A stretch of 63,611 nucleotides of DNA, filler included, from Octopus bimaculoides (GCF_001194135.2; 8 parts of 7 records of this genome joined end to end with filler, not necessarily neighbours in it), one strand, 5' to 3'. Shown: positions 51,085 to 63,611, counted from the first letter of the whole stretch. A program made the numbers and translations. Notes: generated by a model from the letters alone, not told the origin.

Positions 51085-51128
<44 letters not shown>
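51022..51128. repeat. (GATA)n microsatellite
   Basis: Direct inspection. Confidence 0.95.
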
Positions 51129-51129
<1 letters not shown>

Positions 51130-51514
51130 ACATACACACAAGTGAACATGAAGATGTACACTACACACCGTTATATATTTGTTTTAGAAGATTCTTGATG
51201 TGAAATCTTGCGTTGAAACAGATGTATCTTGGAAGGGTCAATTTGTGTTTTTATTGGCAATATGACGATACGTATGTATATCATCACCACCACTGTCCCC
51301 ACCATGTCTTCAGAAATAAATGACATATTGAACGATGTTGTTACAGATAAAGGGGAAAATAAAAGAACGGGGTTGTAACGACTGGAACACCGTTGATCTT
51401 AGGTCTCCTCGATAAGGGCTGAACTCTGCTTATGCAACAACTATGCCACAGACTGAATTTACGATCTGCTAGATATAGTGGCCAAAATTCCCTCGTATCT
51501 TACTTTACGGATCT

Positions 51515-52130
51515 TATCGGTTCCTGTCACAGATTTCATAGTTTTTCAAATTTTGTTCCAATTACTTTCAAATTTGGCTATGCCGATTTAGTTTTGTATG
51601 CTGATTATGAAAACGAAATTCATTTTTGCTATGAATTAATAAATAAAAAGCTGTCAGCTTTTAAAGTCTGCAAATTTTGAGTGATTTTAGCCAATCGAAA
51701 TCCACCATTATACATATCACAGTAAATCTTACATTGGTTTGTGTTTCCATAGTGACAAACAGAGCTATGGTCTGCCCTGTTTTCATTGCGAGGAGGCAGT
51801 ACTTAGCGCGACTCTGACACTCACCACCGCAACCGCCACTACAAGTTTTGCCGTGGGATTTCATTTTGTTGCTGTTGTTTCTGTCTGCCATTTTGTGAGA
51901 GAGCTATCTCGCAGAAAATGCGCGGCTTCCGATTTCTGCTTTTTCATCGAACTAAAAATGGTCAAACTTTGAACCTCAGTAACATTTTCCTGTTCTATTT
52001 TTTTTTGGGGGGGGGGGGATTTTATATGAATCACAAATTCGTATTCAGCATGAAAAATTAAATTGACTTACCAAATTTGAAAATTTTCAATTAATAACAA
52101 AATTTCCAAATCTGTGGCGGCAATCGAAAA
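51515..52130. mobile_element. Non-autonomous DNA transposon remnant with long diverged inverted repeats
   Basis: 51515-51625 (cacagattt...tttcaaatttgg...atgctgattatgaa) is inversely similar to 52020-52128; superfamily not determinable. Confidence 0.5.
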
Positions 52131-52727
52131 AAATTTCTCTTCTTTGTCTTGGAATCTTAGGAGCTAAGACTGTCCAGGACACTGTAGTTATGGATACGCA
52201 ATAGCTTACAAANNNNNNNNNNNNNNNNNNNNNNNNNNNNNNNNNNNNNNNNNNNNTTAATTAATTAANNNNNNNNNNNNNNNNNNNNNNNNNNNNNNNN
52301 NNNNNNNNNNNNAATTCCTTTACTTGTTTCAGTCATTAGGCTGCAACCATGCTGGAGCATCGCCTTCAAGAATTTTAGCCACACAAATCAACCCCTGTAC
52401 TTACGTTAAGCCTGGTAATTATTCCATCGGTTTCTTTTGCTGAACTGCTAAGTTATGGGGACATAAACAAACCAACAACAGTTGTCAAGTGGTGGGGGGA
52501 TGAACACACACACACACACACACATACACACACACACGTGTGTGTGTGCATGTATATATATATATATATATATATACATATCGTCGTTGTCGTTGTTTAA
52601 CGTCCACTTTCTATGCTGGCATGGGTTGGACAGTTTCACACATGACAGGGTTCTTTCAGTTTCTTATTTCCGTATTGCCCACAATGGAGCTAAACATAGA
52701 GGGGACAATCAAGGACAGACAAAGGTA

Positions 52728-52898
52728 TTAAGTCGATTACTTCGACCCCAGTGTGTAACTGGTACTTAATTTATCAACCCCGAAAGGATGAAAGGCAAAG
52801 TCAACCTTGGCGGAATTTGAACTCAGAACGTAAAGACAGATGGAATACTGCTAAGCATTTCGCCTGGCATGCTCATGTTTCTGCCAGCTCACCGCCTT
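52728..52898 (-). mobile_element. SINE family M
   Basis: gacccca gtgtgtaactggtacttaatttatcaaccccgaaaggatgaaaggcaaagtcaacc...ctgccagctcaccgcct. Confidence 0.9.
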
Positions 52899-53481
52899 CT
52901 ATAGGCTTCTTTCAGTTTCTGTGTACCAAATCCACTCACATAGTCGGTCTGAGGCTATAATAGAAGACACTTCCCCAAGGTGGCATGCAGTGGGACCGAA
53001 CCCAAAACCATGTACTTGGGAAGCAAACTTCTTACCACACAGCCATGCTTACACCACTATATATCTTTTATCATTTATTTGTTTCAGTCCTGGGTCTTTG
53101 GCCACACTGGGGCACCACCTTGAAGTGTTTAGTTGAACAAATCAACCCCAATGCTTGTTTTCTAAATCTGGTCTTTATTTTATCAGTCTCTTTTGCTGAA
53201 CTGCCAATTTCAGCCGAAACAGGCATAAGCAATGTTAAGCTTTGTATTAAAAAACAATTAACCAATGTTGGTCAATTTGTTTGTTGATCAAGAGTTTTCT
53301 CCATTTTATGCTTATTTTAAACTTGATTCATGATAAACTCATTTATTCTGTTATTACCTGCATAGTGTGCTTGCATACACATGCTTAGGGTTAACATAGG
53401 TAATTGATACCGTAGTAAATACAGATATTCGTATCCCTTAGACAGTTATTTCAACCACTAACTCTACTTACCTTTATATAT

Positions 53482-53521
<40 letters not shown>

Positions 53522-53786
53522 NNNNNNNNNNNNNNNNNNNNNNNNNNNNNNNNNNNNNNNNNNNNTTAATTAATTAANNNNNNNNNNNNNNNNNNNNNNN
53601 NNNNNNNNNNNNNNNNNNNNNAAATACATGCATAAATGTATATGTAGATATATATATATATATATACACATAAATATATACATATATATTCATATATCTA
53701 TATATACATAAATATATACATATATCTATATATACATACATATATATAAACATATATATACACATATATACACACATATATATATC

Positions 53787-55398
53787 TGTAATATAATATT
53801 TGACAATTATTTTGTTGCCATAATAAAACTCCGAGTTTCAGATGTCGGGGCGGAAATCTGCTCCAGCATCTCATCAGTTATTAAGACAAACAAAAATGCT
53901 ATGAAAATGACCATTAAACGAAGGGAAATTACTATGTAAATGACCGTTATTAAGACAAAGAAAGAAAATGCAGGGTGAAAGGTTATATACAGAAAAACTA
54001 TGTAAAATTATATAAAGCAATAAAAATATATTTAAAAAATGTGAAAAATATAGAGATAAAATGCCTGTATGTGGACACAACATAAAAAGCAGGTTCTATC
54101 TCTGATCTTGGGGGTGCCAAAAATGTAACAAACATTTAGCCATATGTGGACATGATCCAAAAAGTTCAGTTCTTGAATTTAGGCATGTAGCGGAGTCTAA
54201 GCTGCTTTTCCAGATGAGCCATCTTTCCATATTTACAAAGACCGCACTTTCAATCATAGTTACAGAAAGCTCTTCAATAGGCATGACTTAAAAATCAGTT
54301 TTAGCTCAACTACTAATTTTAAAAATATAATCACACACAACACAAAAAGAACAAAATGAAACCAGCTGTTCATGCAGGGATAAACATTTGTGCCTGCTAA
54401 ATGGAGCTTGCATGTCTGAGACCATCATTTATGAAGCCACCGTAGACTCTACAACCACTAAGGATATAGTTTCGTCAAAGAAATATGTGGGTCTCACAGA
54501 GGGGAATTTTAAAGCCAGGTTCAACAACCACACTTTGAGCTTCAGACACTGGGATAAAAGAAAAACAACCAAATTATCCAGTTATATATGGTCCTTAAAA
54601 GAAAAAGGTGTCAATTACAACATCCATTGGAAGATCTTAGCCAAGTGTAAGCCTTACACCAATGGCAGTGGAAAGTGCGGTCTTTGTGACATGGAAAGAG
54701 ACTCATCTGGATCTAGAAAAGCAGCTCACATCCTGCTACATGTCTAAATTCAAGAACTGAACTTTTTGGATCATGTTCACATTTGGCTAAATATTTGTTA
54801 CGTTTTTGCCCCCTCCCCCCAAGATCACAGATAGAACCTATTGCTATATTGTTTCCACGTACACGCATTTTATCTCTCTATATTTTTTATATATATTTTC
54901 ACATTTTTATATATATTTTTATTGCTTTATATATTTTTACCAATTTTTTCTGTATATTACCTTTCACCCTGCATTTTTTTAGTGCATGTGCGTATATAGA
55001 CATGTATATGAACATATTTGTAAACATATGGGTATATATACGTGTGTGTAGGTATGTATATGTGTACATGTGTAGGGTTGCATATATATGTATACATATA
55101 TGTGGGTGTGCATGCATGTTTCACGTGAGTGTACGTGCATGGATATGCATGTATATACATGCACGAATACACAAATTCTATGACGGGTTTTTCCCTTTAT
55201 TTAACGGTCATTCTTATAGCTCTTTTGTTTGTCTTAATAATGGCCATTTACATAGTAATTTCCCTTTGTTTAACAGTAATTTTCATAGAATTTTTGTTTG
55301 TCTGAATAACTGACAAGATGCCGGAGCAGATTTCCACCCTGACATCCAAAACTCGGTGTTTTATTATGGCAACCGAATAATTGTCACATTATATTACA
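53787..55398 (+). mobile_element. 5'-truncated Penelope-like element with inverted terminal duplication
   Basis: GIY-YIG ORF end ~54350-54810 (CSCRDKHLCLLNGAC...IIYEATV...YVGLTEGNFKARFNNH...LSSYIW...WKIL...CGLC). Left arm 53787-54251 is the reverse complement of 54671-55398. Confidence 0.9.
53821..53883 (-). ncRNA. Hammerhead motif in the PLE terminal repeat
   Basis: TAATAA-CTGATGA-GATGCTGG..CCGACATC-T-GAAA-CTCGGAG-T-T-TTATTA; the plus-strand partner at 55304-55366 has a decayed core (CTGACAA, AAAA). Confidence 0.7.
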
Positions 55399-55454
55399 AA
55401 TAAATTTCTATATTTACATAACATCGAGCTCTCATTCATTCTTTTGTTGTCATA

Positions 55455-55713
55455 CTATTATTAATATATATATATACACACACACACACATATATATATA
55501 TACATACATACACACATATATATATATACATACATACATATATATATATAAGTATATATACATACGTGCATATATATACACATAGATATATATGTATATA
55601 CAGATATATATGCACACATATATGTATATACATATATATATATACACACACATATAGATATATGTGTATATATATATACATACACATATATAGATATCTA
55701 TATACACATACAC

Positions 55714-55753
<40 letters not shown>

Positions 55754-55803
55754 ATATATACACACACATATATAGATATATATCTATATACATACATATA
55801 CAC

Positions 55804-55866
<63 letters not shown>

Positions 55867-55875
55867 TATATATGT
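55455..55875. repeat. Complex (TA)/(CA) low-complexity tract
   Basis: Direct inspection; source of many ORF artefacts. Confidence 0.95.
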
Positions 55876-56374
55876 AAATTTTTATCATTTGATGTACACA
55901 TTCTTTTACTTAGGAACTCTTCATTTGTTTAGAGAAATGTTCTCTGGTTTATTCAGAAAACATTGCTGAAATATGGGAATCACTGACGACTTACCAAAAG
56001 ACAGCCTATAATACTTTACACTTAATGAAATTCAGATTCAACCGAGCAGCAGAGCGTTTGACTATTTGCCTTACTGTATTTAGTTTAATTCTCCATGTTC
56101 TGGACTTGATTCCTACTGAGGCTGGCGCTGCCTTTCACTTAACCCTCTGTGTTTGTTAAACATTTGTATCAGATGTGTATGGTTGTTTGATTTAATTGAC
56201 TGTAATCCATTGTTAAAAATGTGATTTTTGTGCTACTAAAACAACAAAAATTTTTTTAAACTGCATCTAAAATTCAAATATAATTGAAAATACACCTTTC
56301 ATTTCCAGCAATGATATATGTAATTTCCTCTTAACGTTTGATATTTCTTTTATATTTATAAGTGATATGACCTA

Positions 56375-56408
<34 letters not shown>

Positions 56409-57228
56409 TAATCTACATGTATTGGGTGTTAAATGTTCAAACCATTGGTTTATTATTTGCCATCATAAAAATGGTAATCCTAATGCTGAGGGATTATATA
56501 TAACCAGAGGGAAAGCTAGCTGTCTTTATATTGGTATAACATTTTTATCTACATTTCAGTTTAATATCAACATTTTTTTCTTTTTGCTTTTTTGGAAAGC
56601 ATTCTTATTTTCAGAAATTTCTTCACTTAAGTTGTTTCTATATGATTTCGATGGCATCTTCTAAAGGTAAAAAAGAAAAAAAAAAAAAGAAAAAGGATCA
56701 GTGTCTGCCATTTGTTACTCCAATGTTATTTTCAATATATATTTCCATTTCAAATTAAACTATCTGGCACATTATATAAATATATTTTCTTAATGTGCAG
56801 CTTATTTTCTAAATTCACAGGTATTGAATATTTTGTTTACATCTTTATCTGTTACAAGAAAGATGGACCAGATCATATTTCAATTAAAAAAAAAGAAAAA
56901 AAAGGAGAAAACAAAAAGGGTATTCTTTTTAAATCTGTAAAATTATAATNNNNNNNNNNNNNNNNNNNNNNNNNNNNNNNNNNNNNNNNNNNNNNNNNNN
57001 NNNNNNNNNNNNNNNNNNNNNNNNNNNNNNNNNNNNNNNNNNNNNNNNNNNNNNNNNNNNNNNNNNNNNNNNNNNNNNNNNNNNNNNNNNNNNNNNNNNN
57101 NNNNNNNNNNNNNNNNNNNNNNNNNNNNNNNNNNNNNNNNNNNNNNNNNNNNNNNNNNNNNNNNNNNNNNNNNNNNNNNNNNNNNNNNNNNNNNNNNNNN
57201 NNNNNNNNNNNNNNNNNNNNNNNNNNNN

Positions 57229-57268
<40 letters not shown>

Positions 57269-58250
57269 TATATATATGTATGTATATATAATCTAACAGA
57301 TTTTTTTTTTTTTTTTTTGCAACGAGTTTCTCTGTTAATATGTAAATAAATTTGTATAGAAATGCTTTGATTTGTTCCAACAACAGTATTACACTATAAT
57401 TGTTTAAAGTACATTTGTAAAACAAAATCAAGCGATAACAACTGTATTATATAATTTAGTAACAAAATGAAACAAAAAATAAAAGGAAGATGGGGAGATT
57501 CATTTGAGATATTGCTTGATTTTTCTGTCAGTAAATTTCATATTTTAATGAAATATTTATTTACAATGATAATTCTCACTTAAAAGAAAGACAGAATAAA
57601 TTCCACAGACTCGGAGTTAATCAAACAATAGTTTTTCTATATTTAAACTGGACCCACTTTACAGTACAACTTGTCATAAGTAATAAGAGCTATTCTGAAT
57701 TAATTTTTGGTCAATTTTGTAACAAGCTTTTTTTTCTTCCTAATTTTAACTTAAGTTTCAAAAAAGTCACTTTTATCACTGCTCCTTCACTTTACTATTT
57801 CATATACATTTTACACACTGAAAAATACATGTATATCTGTCTAAATAACAAACCGAAAAAAAGCATATGTTCAATGTGGGTGTGTGTGTGTGTGTGGAGA
57901 GAGAGAGAGAGAGAGATAAATGAAATTGTATGTGGCTTTGAAATACAAAATGAGAGCTGAACAACAAAGGTAATGAAATTCAGTAAATACAAAAGACTAG
58001 AAACAGTTTTTAATATGGCTCTTATTGCTTTGGTTGATGTATTTTATTTTTGTTTGAATAAATTGCATATTTTTTCTATTTTTGTCTTTCAGTGGTTAGT
58101 TTCTCTTCGATAATCTCTGTGTAATTACATGACCCTCATCTTTATGTAATGCCTGTCTTCCATGTTGGCATGGGTCAGATGATTTGACAAGGTCTGACAA
58201 ACAAGAGGACTATCTTAAGCTCCAGTGTCTACTTTGCATGCTTTCCATGG

Positions 58251-58370
58251 CTGGATGCCTTTCCTGATGCTGACCACCTCACAGGGGGTACTGGATGCCT
58301 TTCCTAATGCTGACCACCTCACAGGGGGTACTGGATGTCTTTCCTAATGCTAACCACTTTACAGGGGGTA
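58251..58370. repeat. 40-bp tandem repeat x3 inside an RTE 3' tail
   Basis: ctggatgcctttcctratgctgaccacctcacagggggta at 58251, 58291 and 58331. Confidence 0.9.
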
Positions 58371-58807
58371 CTGAGTGCTTTTTCATGACCCCCAGCACTG
58401 GTGAGGTCATCATGTAACTTGCAAGACAAAGGGAAAATTCCTCTTAACTGAGTGGGGGTAAAGAAGGGAGATGGCTTTATGTTAAGTGAGGAAAAGTTCA
58501 AGAATGAGAGAGAGGCAGGAACAAGTTTCTTGCTGTAGAGAATAGTGACATGGCTACCCCACATTATATAAGGGTAAGTGGAAACAGTTGGATTGGAGCT
58601 GGAATGAGAGATAAAGATGGTGGAGACCAAGTGTCAGGACATACCCTTAATCTTTTAGCATTCAAACTAGCCATATCTGGCCCAAATTTTGTTCTAACTG
58701 GCCAGGTTCAGCCTCTCATACCTATCCTACATTGTCATTCTAAAAGTAAACAATCACATCATTGAAATCTCAAAGCTACAGAATAATTCATGATTTATTC
58801 AAAACAT

Positions 58808-59110
58808 GTGTGTGGCTTAGTGGTTAGGGTATTCAGTTTATGATTGTTAGGTCATGAGTTCAGTTCCTGGCAATGCATTGTGTCCTCGAGCAAGATACTT
58901 TATTTCACATTGCTCCAGTTCATTCAGCTGGCAAAAATAAGTAGTACCCATATTTCAAAGGGCCAGCCTTGTCACACTCTGTGTCATGCTGAATCTCCTT
59001 AAGAACTACGTTAAGAGTACATGTATCTGTGGAGTGCTCAGCCACTTGCATGTTAATTTCACAAACAGGTTCCATTGATTGGATCAACTGGAACCCTCGT
59101 CATCATAACT
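58808..59110 (+). mobile_element. SINE family B (head type 2), CpG-decayed
   Basis: gtggcttagtggttaggg...gagttcagttcc...gtgtcctcgagcaagatacttt...gccttgtcacac...gatcaactggaaccctc. Confidence 0.9.
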
Positions 59111-59358
59111 GTATTCAAAGCAATGTGAATAAATAAGCATTACATTTCATAGAGTAATCTGAATAAAAATTACCCAGTACACTTGATAAAAAATGGTTGA
59201 CAATAGGAAGGGCATCCAACCATACCAAAGCAGACATTGCAGTACAATATGTCCTTTGGCTTGCCGGATCCTAACAAACCAGTCAGCCTACATTAGCAAA
59301 GAAGACAAATGTTAAAAGATGATGAAGGCTCACTGTTGTGGTGATGAGTAAAAGCCTC

Positions 59359-59624
59359 TCAGTGAGGTGTAGTAGATGACTTCCTCATAGATAAATCACC
59401 AGTGGGTTGTGGGCTTTGGTTATGTGAAGGTTTACAAAACATATTTTGCGTAGCTGTCTCAGATGGATCAGCAGTGAAACATACAGAGGTAGTAGACAAA
59501 GAACTTGCAGGGCTTGAACCAGTTAGATGAGGGCTCAGATGCTGGTAATGTCTGGTAAGAGGTTGTTGATTAACTCCAGGTCGGTCTTCATTCAACAGAC
59601 ATTTCAGTTGTGACCAGTCTTTTT
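59359..59624 (-). CDS. Candidate terminal coding exon, S/T/P-rich, unknown gene
   Basis: Acceptor cttcttatagataag at 59625-26; open frame KDWSQLKCLLNEDRPGVNQQ...SMRKSSTTPH* (extends ORF 59359-59595). Confidence 0.35.
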
Positions 59625-60029
59625 CTTATCTATAAGAAGTTGAGGATTGTTTTATCCTTTGTGTCATTTTTCACCCAGGGCATTGTTGTCTCTCAAATAT
59701 TTAAAATCTACGATTAAGAGGCCTATCCCCTTGCTGACGGTTCCTACCCACCCCTACCCATTTTCCTTTATTCAAAAATTCTTATCGCTCCTTTAAAATT
59801 ATGGCTTTTAAGTGTTGATTTCTCAGCCCAAGAATTACAGCGTGATGTGCTGCTTGACTGGTCCCCCCTCTTTCTCTCTCTTTATATATATATATATATA
59901 TATATATGATGATGATGATCTTTTCTCCTNNNNNNNNNNNNNNNNNNNNNNNNNNNNNNNNNNNNNNNNNNNNTTAATTAATTAANNNNNNNNNNNNNNN
60001 NNNNNNNNNNNNNNNNNNNNNNNNNNNNN

Positions 60030-60091
<62 letters not shown>

Positions 60092-60858
60092 CCTATGAGA
60101 AACTGAATTAAATTAATATTACTCTTTTATAAATCGTCACTTCCGTCTTATAATATTTCGGTCAAAGTTTATTATTTGAAGTTAATGGATATTGTCATCA
60201 ATTATCAGTAATATTGGTAAATTTAATAACAATCAATGCGATATGGCAGTTTGCATTTAGCTTGAGCGAGCTGTAGTTAAAACTATAATATTGAAATAAC
60301 AAGGAAGCGAAAAATGTCGTCGGTTTTAAAGCTTTTAACAACCTCTCTTTAAATATGAAATATGTGGCTTCGTATAACTTTTAAATAGCAATTAATCGTG
60401 TGTGAAAATCGAAATTGAACACACAGTATTATAGACATATGCGCATATATCTTTATTTAACAATTATTGGAGTTAAATGGCGGTTGAAAGAAAGACCCTA
60501 TTCACACAGAATTTATTGCTATAACTAAAACCAAATATTTAAATATTAAATTACGTCTAAAATTTGTTAATATTTTTTTTAATATAATTAATGTTATAAT
60601 AAATACATGATAAATATTTTAAATCTTTTACGCATTAAATACTGTTTTCTTTTATTTTGATTTTCTTATAATATATATATATTTTTTTTTTTTACCCCTT
60701 TACATTTAACATATTAAAATGCCAAACCGTTTATAGCTATTACTGTATGTCCGATATATTAAATGATTAAATAAATACAGGAGATTAGCAAATATACTTA
60801 TAGATTCTAGGGTCATATTTATTTCTGACAAGCGAACAAAGATCAAGCAGTTTAAAGT

Positions 60859-61013
60859 TTAAAGGAATGGACACAGGTCTTTAGCTGGTGTCTTTTCAAT
60901 AAAGGTCCTGCCAAATGTGTTGATTTCATCTGCACTAGCAATAAAAGACTCATTTGTAAAACCATTCAAAACTTGGATGACGCTTAGATATCGGTGCCTA
61001 GTTTGAGGATTTT
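60859..61013 (-). CDS. Candidate terminal coding exon, unknown gene
   Basis: ccacag|AA AAT CCT...; encodes NPQTRHRYLSVIQVLNGFTNESFIASADEINTFGRTFIEKTPAKDLCPFL*. Confidence 0.4.
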
Positions 61014-61030
61014 CTGTGGTATATATACTA

Positions 61031-61357
61031 GGAGCACTCCGTCGGTTACGACGACGAGGGTCCCAGCTGATACGATCAACGGAACAGCTTGCTCGTGAAA
61101 TTAAAGTGCAAGTGACTGAGCAATTCGTGTAGACACGTGTACCCCTAACGTAGTTCTCAGGGAGATTCAACGTGACACAAAGTGTGACAAGGCCGGCCCT
61201 TTGAAATACAGGTACTACTCATTTTTACCAGCTGAGTGGACTGGAGCAACGTGAAATAAAGTGTCTTGCTCAAGGACACAACGCGTCGCCGGGAATTGAA
61301 CTCACGACCTTACGATCGTGAGCCGAATGCCCTAACCACTAAGCCACGCACCTTCAC
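61031..61357 (-). mobile_element. SINE family B (head type 2), CpG-rich young copy with TSD
   Basis: tRNA-like head gtgcgtggcttagtggttaggg...gagttcaattccc; TSD-like ggtatatatacta (61018-30) / ggcatatatacata (61358-71). Confidence 0.92.
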
Positions 61358-61834
61358 GGCATATATACATAAATGAGCATAAACACATATACACACGAAG
61401 TTATGTTTTCGAAGAATCTATTAAAACCTACGATATATAGCTAATGAGTCAGCATTTCATATGTTCCATTAAACTCCAAAACAGATCCTTCTTTTTAGAT
61501 GGCTAATGAAATGCAGCAGGGTTGTATGCTATCGTAAAATACGGATAAACAGTATATGACATAAGAATAAAGAGTGGAATGGTTTACTCATATGATCCAC
61601 ATACTACATACCGATCGTATGAAATCAATAAACTTGTTGTCTGTTTGCGACAGTCAGATTTTTTAAGTACATGTGACTTCTTCAGAAGCAATTATAAATG
61701 CAATCGCATCTGTCATGCACTTTAGAACATATGCAAGTATGTATATGTATATATCTTCACAGCAGAAACAGCTGTATGCTAATGAAGGTGATTACGTAGC
61801 ACCTGTTCTTTTGTCAATCATTATTAATTATATG

Positions 61835-61877
<43 letters not shown>

Positions 61878-61983
61878 TTGCATGTATAGCCATATACATA
61901 TGTATGTACATATATATATATGCAGGTATATGCATATACATATGTACACGGATATATGTATATATACCTATATGTGTGTGTAT

Positions 61984-62040
<57 letters not shown>

Positions 62041-62264
62041 NNNNNNNNNNNNNNNNNNNNNNNNNNNNNNNNNNNNNNNNNNNNTTAATTAATTAANNNN
62101 NNNNNNNNNNNNNNNNNNNNNNNNNNNNNNNNNNNNNNNNGTCGGAAGCTCTAGTAAGAACAATCAGAGTGTTTGGGTGAAATATGAGGACAGATTGACC
62201 CCAAAAATGTACCGAGAGTGATAAAAATCAAACATCCAATTATATATATATACATATCTATGTA

Positions 62265-62296
<32 letters not shown>

Positions 62297-62324
62297 GGTA
62301 TGTATGTATGTATATATGTATGTA

Positions 62325-62368
<44 letters not shown>

Positions 62369-62399
62369 AATAAGGACGAAATTCTGTCTGCCTGGGACG

Positions 62400-62720
62400 C
62401 CTGTATCTCAGTCTACATTTGCTCTACATAGGAATATAACTTTTGGAATCGGGACGATCCTGGAATTGAAAATCTGCCATGCATTTGGTTCTTGAACATC
62501 CAGCATTGAGATCTGAGTTAAAAGCATTTGGGTTGCTATGTCTAGCAGGTAAAGCTTGGTTGATTCACGCCATCTTGGTTGGTGCTTGTCAGATGGTGTC
62601 AGAGACCAAGGGTGATTATAAGACCAGAGTTCAATTCGATTTAAAAAGTAACGCTCTCATCTTCAGCTGAGTTCCAACGCAGGAAGCTTGTTTGAATTAG
62701 TTCACTTAGGATGCATAATT
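62400..62720 (-). mobile_element. Non-LTR retrotransposon RT N-terminal remnant
   Basis: Minus frame ...LDVQEPNAWQIFNSRIVPIPK resembles the P..W....IVPIPK motif preceding RT domain 1. Confidence 0.45.
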
Positions 62721-62842
62721 ACATAGAGAGCAATGTATAGTTGCTGCAGTAGAAACATATATTGGTCATTGTTATATATGCTATAGACATTTTTTTTATA
62801 AAATGTTTTGGATGTGAATAAATCTCCACTCTTGGCTTTCAA

Positions 62843-62990
62843 TTATCTAATATATAAAATGGAGATTTGTGTGTATTCACTTTTCATGCGAAAACGGCTT
62901 CACCAATTACTTCCATACTTGTGATGCATGAATAATTTGACCTCGGACATATGATAGGGTCTTCATTTAATTCTTTTATTAAAAATTATT
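62843..62990 (+). mobile_element. Helitron-like non-autonomous 5' end
   Basis: atctaatatataaaatgg...tgtgtgt...gaaaacggcttcaccaatt pattern with an A|TC start. Confidence 0.4.
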
Positions 62991-63611
62991 AAAAATTTAA
63001 AAAAAATATTGCTTTTTATATTACATTCCGTCTTTGAAAGATTTAAAAATATTTACTTCCGGTTTTCTAGCGTCAGTGACGTAACATATCTCTTTATGCA
63101 TATCTCTCTACCCATCTCTCTCTCTCCATCTCTATCTCTCTGTAACATATCTCTATATCAAATATCTCTTGTCTTCACTTTCAGTTTTCAGACGCTATTG
63201 TTTAAATTCCATGTTATTGTTTTCACTATAAGTCTAAGTTTCGAGTCGCTATTTACAAACAAACAACAACAAAATACTGACAGAAACAAGTTCACAATTA
63301 CTGATGTAAGTAATTTCATAATTTACTGACAGAATTATCTTCATAAATTTCACTTCAATCCGTACGGTCTTGTGTTTTTCTGTTGTTGACGGTTTCTTCC
63401 TGGTTCCTTCGCTACTGGCTCTTTGGTTTACCGAGTGACAAATTTTGCTTCAACCTGTAAAATACTTTATTTTCCATTAAAATTTATCATTTACTTTCTA
63501 CCCGTCGTATTGAGAAACATAATTTCTGTTACCAAGTTATTTTCATTGTTTACTATCTTCTGTGCGTGTGTGAGAGAAACTGAAGAACATTAAAGAGTGT
63601 AAAAACTCCTC

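Noticed and set aside
55993-56150. Strong minus-strand donor (gtaagt) and a 44-codon plus-strand signal-peptide-like frame
   Set aside because: No open frame links an acceptor to the donor, and the short ORF alone is within chance.
58808-61357. Inverted SINE B pair as a dsRNA substrate
   Set aside because: The two copies lie on different sides of an artificial linker (59930-60029), so proximity is not established.

Overview
Eukaryotic, AT-rich, microsatellite-dense draft genomic DNA, most likely from an octopod cephalopod (inferred from the SINE, RTE and mariner repeat content; not database-confirmed). It is not one contiguous locus: seven identical 100-bp spacers (44 N + TTAATTAATTAA + 44 N) split it into eight separately assembled pieces. 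No intact, nameable protein-coding gene, rRNA, true tRNA or CRISPR array is supported, and most ORF-track entries are microsatellite or N-gap artefacts. The content is mainly transposon debris: Penelope-like elements (two GIY-YIG fragments and an RT remnant), an R4/Dong-like RLE LINE, RTE LINE pieces, a near-full-length Tc1, several mariners, hAT-, piggyBac- and Helitron-like non-autonomous elements, and at least three tRNA-derived SINE families. There are also a few candidate exons and decayed coding frames of unknown genes. The most notable signal, found by manual folding, is a set of minimal type-I hammerhead ribozyme motifs from about six sequence-unrelated families. These include one with a fully canonical core (8057-8124), one in each unit of a ~457-bp tandem repeat (48902-49727, retrozyme-like), inverted pairs at Penelope termini, and a family with a shared non-canonical core (CUGUCGA). 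Catalytic activity is inferred from structure only.
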